DNA of 63,079 nucleotides, the filler included, from Chrysochromulina tobinii (lineage: Eukaryota), in NCBI GenBank assembly GCA_001275005.1. It is 5 parts of 5 records of this genome, joined end to end, with 100 filler letters (N's around TTAATTAATTAA, not from the genome) between each part and the next. Parts side by side here need not be neighbours in the genome. Positions count along the whole stretch, not along the records: positions 48,539 to 60,892 come from JWZX01000070.1; positions 60,993 to 63,079 come from JWZX01000080.1; 3 more parts are not named here. One strand, given 5' to 3'. Positions 54,771-63,079 of the stretch are shown piece by piece. The stretch's first letter is position 1. Each line of letters begins with the position of its first letter. The notes beneath the pieces are model-generated. The model saw nothing but the letters and a program-made list of their open reading frames with translations. It ran no database searches and was not told the DNA's origin. The position numbers and the translations under genes are program-made.

Positions 54771-55643
54771 ATGACACTGCAGCTTGCAGCGCTTGCAGTT
54801 CTGGCTATCAGGCACATCAACTGCTCATGGGCCGACGCTCACGTCCTGGACGTGTACTGGAAAATGTGCACTTATATGCCAAAGGTTGACACTCGCATCA
54901 GCGCTGACATTCATAAACAAGGTTGCTATGAGTGTGCCGCTGTCAATGACATGCTGCTGACCTTGCGGCGGCACAAGGCATCGCTCCTGGACATCGGGGC
55001 CAATATTGGGTCGTACACGCTGCCTGCAGCAGCGGACGGCCATCCCGTCTACGCGTTCGAGCTCATGCCCATGAACGCTGCGCACCTGCAGTCTTCGCTC
55101 ATCGCCAACTCGCTCGAGAACAACGTGCGACTCTTCCCAATCGCAGTTGGAGCGAAGCCCGGATGGTCGACTTGGACGGACCCCTCGACGGGCGAGAATA
55201 AGGGTGGATTCAGCATGCGAAACCATGAGAATGCATCGAGTGACGAGCTGAACCATCCAAACTATCCAATCATCCAGCTGGACTCACTGCCGCCCATCAG
55301 CGGCCCGGTCTTTTTGAAGATGGACATCGAAGGAAGCGAGTGCAAGGCACTTGAAGGTGCACGCGAGCGCTTTCTGAGAGCGATCGATCTTGTCGGGTTC
55401 TTCATGGAGTGGGGCAGCAAACTCCGTCATGAGTGCTGCAACACGATATTGGCTCCGTTTTTCAAGGAGTTGCAGGATCGCCATTCCCTTACGCCATACG
55501 GCAGGACAGAGTACGGCAGAATGGCCGGTAAGAATGTCCCCATAGCAGTGGCGCAGCTCTGCAAGAAAGATGCGCGAGTTCGGTTCCAGAATCTTCTGTG
55601 GCTGCGCATTGGCACGCGAGCGTTGGGCACTGCGATGATTTGA
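54771..55643 (+). CDS. FkbM-family methyltransferase with a signal peptide or anchor
   Basis: LLDIGANIGSYTL, VYAFE and FLKMDIEGSECKALEG. Confidence 0.88.
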   Translation: MTLQLAALAVLAIRHINCSWADAHVLDVYWKMCTYMPKVDTRISADIHKQGCYECAAVNDMLLTLRRHKASLLDIGANIGSYTLPAAADGHPVYAFELMPMNAAHLQSSLIANSLENNVRLFPIAVGAKPGWSTWTDPSTGENKGGFSMRNHENASSDELNHPNYPIIQLDSLPPISGPVFLKMDIEGSECKALEGARERFLRAIDLVGFFMEWGSKLRHECCNTILAPFFKELQDRHSLTPYGRTEYGRMAGKNVPIAVAQLCKKDARVRFQNLLWLRIGTRALGTAMI

Positions 55644-55793
55644 GGGCAGACGGACCCCATGAGCATGCGAAAGGGTTGACCTTTAACCGAAACATACCTA
55701 ACACACGAACGCCCTTCTAAATTGCCCTCTTGATCATGTCTTGATGTGCACGTTTTTGTGTGCAGTTTTTGTGCATGTGAATGAATATTCGCG

Positions 55794-56876
55794 ATGGCGA
55801 GCAGCGCCGACGAACCTGGACACGACCCGCCACCCAAGCGTGCACGCCTCGGGTGCTTACAATTCAAGTGCCCCCTACGAGCCGCAGTATACTACTCCAA
55901 GGGCCGCAAACAAGCACTCGAGGATGTGGCCGTCTACAACGTTGCGCTCGATGTTGACGGCTTGGCAACGTGGCATGCAGTCATCGATGGCCACGGCGGA
56001 GCCCAGTGTGCCGCGCTGGCAGCTACGAGATTGCCCGCTCTCATCGCCGAGGGCATTCGTGACATCGAGGCCTCCGGCATCGAGGCCTCCATCGCAATCA
56101 AAGACGCAATCAAGGCAGCCTTCACAACCTGCGAGCGCGAGGTTTTGCCGCTCGTGGATGATGGCTGCTGCGTCATTGGGATGCTGGTTGACCGGCGCTG
56201 CACGCCCGCTCGCGCGTACGTGGCAAACTTGGGAGATTCACGAGCGTTCGCGTGCGTCGAGCCGGCCGCGGCCACCGCCGACGCAGCAGCAGGCACGTCG
56301 ACCAAGACGCTCGCTACGGCTCCGAGTTGTGCTGCGCCGGCCGTGCGCGCCATCGCGCTCTCCAAGGATCACGTGGCGACGGATCCAAAGGAGCGGCGGC
56401 GGATCGAGGTGGCCGGCGGCGTCATCGAACACGGGCGCGTGTGCGGGATGCTCGAGGTCACACGGTCGCTCGGCGATCGCCTTGTGAAACAACGCCTCCG
56501 AAAAGGCGAGAGTGCCAAAGGGGAGGGCATCAGCGCCGTGCCAGATGTGACCTCGTTTGCGGTGGGCTTGGAGCAGCGCTTCGTGCTGATGGCCTCGGAC
56601 GGCTTCTGGAAGGCGTGGACGAGCTCTGAGGCGATCGAGGTGCTCCATGCCCGCCTCTGTGCGATGGATCGACGCCGGGAGGTGCTCGCCACGGCGCTCG
56701 ATGAGCCTACCGCCGCCTCAGCCCTCACGAGGGAGGCGCATGCCGCCCTCATCAAGGAGCGGGAGGGCGCGACCGAGGAGGGGTGTCTCAAAGAGATGGT
56801 CCATGAGGCGGTCCACATGCGCCATGCCAAGGACAACGTGACGGCGCTGCTTGTGCGCATGCCGCCCGCTCCATAG
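55794..56876 (+). CDS. PP2C/PPM protein phosphatase
   Basis: GRKQALED, VIDGHGG, VANLGDSRA, LSKDH, LEVTRSLGD, LMASDGFW and KDNVTAL. Confidence 0.93.
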   Translation: MASSADEPGHDPPPKRARLGCLQFKCPLRAAVYYSKGRKQALEDVAVYNVALDVDGLATWHAVIDGHGGAQCAALAATRLPALIAEGIRDIEASGIEASIAIKDAIKAAFTTCEREVLPLVDDGCCVIGMLVDRRCTPARAYVANLGDSRAFACVEPAAATADAAAGTSTKTLATAPSCAAPAVRAIALSKDHVATDPKERRRIEVAGGVIEHGRVCGMLEVTRSLGDRLVKQRLRKGESAKGEGISAVPDVTSFAVGLEQRFVLMASDGFWKAWTSSEAIEVLHARLCAMDRRREVLATALDEPTAASALTREAHAALIKEREGATEEGCLKEMVHEAVHMRHAKDNVTALLVRMPPAP

Positions 56877-57215
56877 TTCCGATGGAGGCACTTGCTGACC
56901 GCTGTCCGCTGGATGGCTGAGCTGTGGGCTGCTCGCGCGCGCTCGGCCTCGGCCCTCGGCGCTCATGTCTCGGCGGCGGCAACTTTCTTGTAATACACAA
57001 TTTACGCATCACGGTGTAGACCGAAAACCACCCGTATACGCTTACGCTCCGCTATCCGACTTCCGAGCGGCAGCACGAGCCACGACGCCCGTCGCCCCGC
57101 CGCCCGCCCGTCGCTAGCCCGCGTCTCGGCGCTACGGCCTTCGCTCGGGCCTCTCCCAATTGGCCTCTCCACCTAAGCACTGTACATGGAGCTTCCACTG
57201 TTCTCAGGCCTCTCT

Positions 57216-57346
57216 GGCCCTCATTCCAAATCCACCGTCGTCATCGCGCCCAGTACGGCGCCGGCCCTCATTCCAAATCCACCGTCGTCATCGCGCCCAG
57301 TACGGCGCCCGGCCCTCATTCCAAATCCACAGTCGTCATCGCGCCC
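57216..57346. repeat. 47-48-bp tandem repeat, about 2.7 copies, spanning a stop codon
   Basis: GGCCCTCATTCCAAATCCACCGTCGTCATCGCGCCCAGTACGGCGCC units start at 57216, 57263 and 57311. Confidence 0.9.
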
Positions 57347-58911
57347 TCGGCGACTGGCGCCGTACTGGGCGCCGCGGTGTGGCACAGCTCAACGGTCGCC
57401 TGGGCGTTCGTCACCCAGCTGGCCGCGTTGTCCACGCACAGCCAGAGCACGCCGCGCTCGCTCGCCACGTACTGGCCGGTGCTCTCAGCGCCCGCGACGA
57501 GGTCCTCAGCAGTCTCCCGAATATGGGCATACGCGCCGTTCTGGGCGCTGCTGGGAACGAAGGCGGCTGGCACGAAGCGCAGGCGCACGGTGACGGTGCC
57601 CTGCAGGAGCCGTTCCGGTCCTCGAGCGCAATCATCAGTGGTCATCAGTGGCACTCAGTGGTATGCCTCAGAGGTCATCAGTGGCCTTCACACCTGCATC
57701 AGCCGTACAGTCCACACGAGCGCATCGCCCGCCTCGAGCCATTGAGTGGTCGCCTCGAGAGCCCCGTATCCGATCTCAAGTGGCCTCGTCCAATCCACCG
57801 TGCGCCGGAGGAGGCTGTGCCACGAGTGGATGGCGAGCGCGTCGACGTTGCTGTAGAGCGTCTCGAAGGGCGTGCCCGCCGGCAGGACGGCCACCTTCAC
57901 AAGCATACGCAGCCCGTCACTTGCAGTCGGTGGCCATCCGTGGCATGCCGGTGGCAATCAGTCGCCATCCCACCTTCGCAAGCATTCGCTCGTTGAGCAC
58001 CGGAGAGATGAGCGAGAACAGGCGCGAGAACGATGAGGGCGCATGCGCGATCACGACGCGGTGCAGCATCTCGGGGTAATGGCTCTGCAGCGTGCCCATC
58101 AAGACGCGCATCTGAAGCGGAGAAGAGCCTCTCAGAGGTAAATCAGCGGCACTCGGTGTGCAGATCAGCGGCACTCGGTGCATCGTCTCTCGAGCCCATA
58201 GGCTCCGTGCAATCGTGCCCATCATCAGGCAGGACTCACCCTCGAGAGGAGATACTGCCCGAGGTGGTATCTCGGTGGCATATCTCCTCTCGAGATACAT
58301 CAGGCAGGACTCACCCTCGAGAGGAGATACTGCCCGTGGCGCATCAGCTCCGAGACCCAGACCGCATTGAAGTCGCGGATCTCGTAGAATTTGACCATGC
58401 GTCGCTGCGCAACGCTCAGGTTGTGAAGCACGAGCGCGCGCTGCTCGAGCGTGCACCGGAAGAACAGGTCGAACTTGGCGTCGCGCTCAGCATTCGCGCC
58501 GTCTGCGAGCATCATCAAGTCCGCCTGCCGGATGGGCGAAACGGAGAGCGGCAGCGCGCCGGCCGCCGCACCCGGTACGCAGCGGTTGGGCAGGATGTCC
58601 TGCAGCTCGTCAAAGTGCGGCACGTGCAAAGGATCCGCGAACGTGCCTTGGCCAATGGTCTCGCGCATCTGGCGCACGGCCGGCTCGTTGAAGAGCTCGG
58701 ATCGGTAACGCACCGCCCCGATCATCACGGGGATCGCTCTCGACGCCTGGCCGCCGTGCCCTCGCAGGAAGCGAGCGACGTTGATGTCGTGTGTGAGGTC
58801 GATTGGGTATGCGGCCGGCCAGCCCTCAAACTCTGCAGAGAGCGCCGCCTGCACTGCGTCAACCTCGCCGCGCTCTGCCCCCTCCTTAATCCATTCAAGG
58901 TCCGAGTCCAT
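57316..58911 (-). CDS. Sec14/CRAL-TRIO plus GOLD domain lipid-binding protein; introns 58112-58314, 57895-57973 and 57601-57693
   Basis: DINVARFLRG (CRAL-TRIO N-domain). Removing three phase-0 GT-AG introns gives LLSR|MRVLMGTLQSHYPEMLHRVVIAHAPSSFSRLFSLISPVLNERMLAK|VAVL...RLMQ|GTVTV...GVLWLCVDNAASW. Confidence 0.82.
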
Positions 58912-59240
58912 GCCTGCCGCTGCTGCTGCTGTGTTCTTGCCAAGGGCGCACAGGCGCTGGGCCGCCGCGGGTGGACCGCCGACCGCCGCGGTCTTTGTAG
59001 CGCGGACACGGACTGTGAACAGTGGGCTACCGGTTCACGTTCGCTGGGGGCGGCCTCTTCTGAGTCGACCGCGGGGAGCGGTCGGCTCCGGGCCTGCGGC
59101 TGTTGAGTCGGCCGCGGCTTCGGTCGTCGCGCTGACGTGCCGAAGCCGCGGCGGGGTGTGTGTTGTTGGTGGGTTTCGATGGTTGTGAGGTTCGTCTGTG
59201 TGGTCTGTGTGCCTTTGTGCGTCCGCGTGTTCCGTGTGTC

Positions 59241-59279
59241 TCGTGTGTGTCCCGGCTCCCCCCGGTGTCTTTTTACCGG
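59241..59279 (-). repeat. Inverted copy of the 39-bp element at 51457-51495
   Basis: 38 of 39 bases match the reverse complement of 51457-51495. Confidence 0.9.
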
Positions 59280-59491
59280 TTCACGTTCACGTTCGCGTTA
59301 AATTGCAATTTTGGGCTACCGGTGAAAAGCCGTCCTGGGCATGCCTGGGCACCCGCGAAGCTTCAAGCTAAGATCGCCAGGTAAAGAAAAAGAGGGCACC
59401 TTTCGCATGCTTTCGGGGGCGGTTCCTCTGGGGCTAATCCCGAAGCGCCGCCAACCTTACACACCGACCTAAGGCTTACGCTTCGGAACCC

Positions 59492-60793
59492 TTAGTCGTG
59501 CTCGCGCACGAGCGTCATCTCGACGCAGCAGAACTTGTTGATTGGGAAGCCCGCCTCGCGCAGCCCCGGCGGTGGCTGGTTGTATTTCATTGTACGCCCT
59601 CCCGCTTGGCCGGAGTGCTGTACAGCATGCGCCACTCGAAAGTCATGGTCGATGAGGAGGTGGTGCATCAGCGTGTCGAACTGCTGCGGCGCAATCAGCC
59701 CAAATCCCGTCGACATGTGCCATCCAGCATATTGTGTGCGGTTGATGAAGAAGCTATCAAACCAAGACGAAGCCTCTTGCAGTGGCGACGGGATCGCGTC
59801 TTCGCTGATTCCAGCTCGCATATGCAGCTCGATAATGATCTGCTTCACCCCGCGAAGCAGGTGAGGAGTGCGAGCGACGAGATCCTCAAAAGCGTCCCAC
59901 TCGCAGCCTCTGCGCCATCCATGCGACACAAGTCTCGATGAGTGTGATCCATGAAGCAGATGACGCGAGAGCTGCATGCAGAGGCGAGGATCAAGGAAGC
60001 GCGCGACAGAGACAGAGACAGAGAGAGGGAGAGGGAGAAAGGGGGGGGGAGAGTGCAGCTCTTTGCGCGTGCGTGCGCGGCGCTACATCCGACTCCCGCA
60101 TACGCACTCGCAATCAATCTTGAGCAAGTCGATGGTCTGGTTGTAGCGATCGGCATCGACCTCCAATAAATCGTGGCCGCCTGCAGAGCGCGCCACCGTC
60201 TCGCGTGCGATCCGGAAGATCTCGGCCAACGGAACTATCACGCGGGTGTCGAGCGATCCGTATGGTTTCAAACCTAGCCTCGTGATTACCTTGGCTGCAG
60301 CCAGCGTCGTCTCCACATCAGGACTGGCGCCGAGGCCCAAGTAATGGAAGTGCACATTCCGTTTGGCGCGCGCGTGCGTCTGGTGCACCGTCTTCATCTC
60401 CTTGGTCGGATCAAACGCAACAACGGTGCAGCTGCGAGCTGCGAGCATGTCCTCCAAGTTCCAGATTCCACCGATACCTACCGAAACGACCAAGCAAATT
60501 GGTCGTACGCGTCCAGCTGTGTGCTCCTCGGTTGTCTTGTTGCGAGACAGAAGGGAGCACACGAAGTAGCTGCCCTCCTTGTGATGCACCTCGGTTTCTG
60601 AACAGGTCGTATTGAAAGCGGATCTCCTCTGGAAGAGGGCATCGACATATGCACTGCGCAATATGCTGAAGTTTTGCTGCTGTTCCTGATCGATGACAGC
60701 AAGCGATGCTGCGTGCAGAAGGTGAAGCAGCACCAGGGGCAGCCCGAGGAGGCCACGCATAGAGCGCACAGCGACGCTGACGCAAATGGGCAT
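59492..60793 (-). CDS. METTL24/Methyltransf_22-like secretory-pathway methyltransferase; intron 59910-60107
   Basis: Signal peptide, VVSVGIGG, CTVVAFDPT, HFHYLGLG. GA|GTGCGT...GCGCAG|A restores IDLLKIDCEGCEW, followed by VKQIIIELH. Confidence 0.85.
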
Positions 60794-60892
60794 CCGTTTA
60801 GTTATGGGCTTTCTTGTTAACAGTGAAACAGGACACAGTGAAGAGCTGCAACCGAATCTTAGACACGCTCTGGGAAGCGTTAAGCGGGTAAA

Positions 60893-60992
60893 NNNNNNNN
60901 NNNNNNNNNNNNNNNNNNNNNNNNNNNNNNNNNNNNTTAATTAATTAANNNNNNNNNNNNNNNNNNNNNNNNNNNNNNNNNNNNNNNNNNNN
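60893..60992. other. Artificial contig linker
   Basis: N/TTAATTAATTAA/N, 100 nt. Confidence 0.99.
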
Positions 60993-61048
60993 TGATGAAA
61001 GGGGATGAACATTCAAAGGGCTGTTGGCAATGAATGATGAATTTTCTA

Positions 61049-61118
61049 TTCCAGGGGCTGCCGCCCCCGGACCCCCGCTTCTCTTTCCCAGGGGCTGCCG
61101 CCCCCGGACCCCGCTTCT
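61049..61118. repeat. Two tandem GC hairpin motifs, with an inverted copy at 62658-62692
   Basis: CCAGGGGCTGCCGCCCCCGGACCCC(C)GCTTC twice; 33 of 35 bases match the reverse complement at 62658-62692. Confidence 0.88.
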
Positions 61119-61370
61119 TTCTGCTGACTCCTTTCATCAGATAAATATAAGGTGAGCAATCATGGGCAACCATTGGCAACCAGGGGCAACCAGGGGCAAC
61201 CAGGGGCGACCAGTGGCGCCGGTCTTCGGTACACGCATTCCGTGTACTACGGCTCCGAGCACTAAGGCTACCCAAAATGCTACTCAAGTGGTCACTCTGT
61301 CCACGTGAGCAGGGCCGCCGGGGCCCTCCCTGAGCTGCTATGTCTTGGGCGTGCGGGTCTTTGATGACCA

Positions 61371-62222
61371 ATTGGCGCTCACTGGCGACCAGTGGCGCCT
61401 CTCCTCGGTGCGCACGCGTATACGTGCCCGGTGCCACCCGGTGGCGCCAGTTGGCGCCAGTTGGCGCCAGTTGGCGCCAGTTGGTGCCAGAGGGTGCCAG
61501 AGGGTGCCAGGGGGTTCTGGCTTCAATTGGCGCTCACTGGCGCTCACTGGCGCTCACTGGTGACCAGTGGCGCCTCTCCTCGGTGCGCACGTATATTCGT
61601 GCCCGGTGGCACCCGGTGGCGCCAGTTGGCGCCAGTTGGCGCCAGTTGGCGCCAGTTGGCGCCAGTTGGTGCCAGAGGGTGCCAGAGGGTGCCAGGGGGT
61701 TCTGGCTTCAATTGGCGCTCACTGGCGCTCACTGGCGCTCACTGGCGACCAGTGGCGCCTCTCCTCAGTGCACACGTACGTGCCCGGTGGCACCCGGTGG
61801 CGCCAGTTGGCGCCAGTTGGCGCCAGTTGGCGCCAGTTGGTGCCAGAGAGTGCCAGAGGGTGCCAGGGGGTTCTGGCTTCAATTGGCGCTCTCTGGCGCT
61901 CACTGGCGCTCACTGGCGACCAGTGGCGCCTCTCCTCGGTGCGCACGCATACGCGCCCGGTGGCGCCAGCGGGCGCCAGTTGGCGCCAGTCGGCGCCAGT
62001 TGGCGCCAGTTGGTGCCAGAGGGTGCCAGAGGGTGCCAGGGGGTTCTGGCTTCAATGGGCGCACACGGGCGCTCACTGGCAACAAGTGGTGACCAGTGGC
62101 GCCGGTCCTCGGTACGATGGGCGCTCCTACGTCGGTACACGCCAGCGGTCGCCCATGCGCGCCCATGAGCGCCCATGAGCGCCCATCGGTACCAGAGGGT
62201 GCCAGAAGGTGCCAGGGGGTTC
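61371..62222. repeat. Higher-order satellite: about four units of 170-185 bp built from 10-bp subunits
   Basis: GGCGCTCACT, GGCGCCAGTT and GGTGCCAGAG blocks recur in fixed order; the marker GGGTTCTGGCTTCAAT appears near 61512, 61697, 61868 and 62041. Confidence 0.95.
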
Positions 62223-63070
62223 TGGTGGGATCCAGTGGGATCTGGTGGGATCCAGTGGGATCCAGTGGGATCTGAGTGGGATCTGGTGGGATCTAAGTGG
62301 GATCCACTGGGATCCAGCGGCATCCGGTGGGATCTAGGTGGGATCCGGTGGGATCTAGGTGGGATCCAGTGGGATCCGGTGGGATCTGGTGGGATTGAGC
62401 CCACCATCCGGAGGGATCTGAGTGGGATCTGGTGGGATCCGATTGGGATTTGATTGGGATCTGAGCGGGACCGCGTGGGACGCTCGGGACCGCGGACCGC
62501 TTGGGACCGCTCGGGACCGCGGGACTGCTTGGGACCGCTCGGGACCGCTCCGGACCGCGGCACCGGACTGGTGGGACTGGGTTAGATCAGTTGGACCTGC
62601 TGCTTCAGCTGTTGGATCTGCAGCAGAAAGGTGTTGGGGGCGTCAACCCCTGGAGATGAAGCGGGGTCCAGGGGTGGCAGCCCCTGGGAAAGAAAGCGGT
62701 GGTCCACCAGATCCCACTGGATCCCACCGGATCCCATTCGGATCCCACTGGATCCCACTCGGATCCCACCGGATCCCACCAGATCCCAGTGGATCCCAGT
62801 GGATCCCACCTAGATCCCACCAGATCCCACTCAGATCCCACCAGATGTTCCCACTCAGATCCCACTGGATCCCACACTCAGATCCCACTGGATCCCACTC
62901 GGATCCCACCGGATCCCACCAGATCCCACAGTGGATCCCACCAGAATCCACCTAGATCCCACCAGATCCCACTGGATCCCACTCAGATCCCACTCGGATC
63001 CCACCAGATCCCACTCAGATCCCACTCAGATCCCACCAGATCCCACCTGGATCCCACCTAGATCCCACCA
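62223..63070. repeat. GGATCC-core 10-bp satellite in two oppositely oriented arms
   Basis: GTGGGATCY units at about 62225-62465 and the reverse-complement RGATCCCAC units at about 62705-63070, with GGGACCGCTC units between them. Confidence 0.95.
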
Positions 63071-63079
63071 GGAATGATG

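Noticed and set aside
18070..60992. TTAATTAATTAA palindromes inside N runs, four times
   Set aside because: Artificial six-frame-stop linkers, not biological sequence.
61340..63061. Repetitive ORFs across the last contig
   Set aside because: By-products of 10-bp satellites that are open in several frames on both strands.

Overview
This is eukaryotic, GC-rich, gene-dense and intron-poor DNA. The gene set and the minisatellite-containing introns suggest a haptophyte alga, possibly Chrysochromulina-like (inference). It is not one locus: five contigs are joined by artificial 100-nt N/TTAATTAATTAA/N linkers at 18070-18169, 36976-37075, 48439-48538 and 60893-60992, so synteny holds only within a contig. 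About 25 protein genes are supported. The ORF track misses the largest gene at the left edge: DNA polymerase theta (minus strand, 5074 to <1), with an N-terminal GRF zinc finger and almost no central domain. The most unusual proteins are: (i) an 1818-aa protein with six EF-hands, an XK/scramblase-like membrane module, about 60 DotG/IcmE-like decapeptide repeats and an SH3b-like tail; (ii) a filamin domain fused to Sfi1-like Trp repeats; (iii) a C2-domain CNBD channel with a TSLGPG pore motif; and (iv) a degenerate CYTH-like domain fused to ankyrins. At the DNA level, several sequence-divergent satellites all keep a 10-bp period. They build the last contig as a foldback-like array, and related decamers fill the three introns of a Sec14/GOLD gene, two of which have direct repeats at their splice sites. 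A 39-bp inverted repeat pair brackets 7.8 kb containing four genes. No rRNA, tRNA, CRISPR array or transposase was found. All family calls come from motif recognition by eye; no database search was run.
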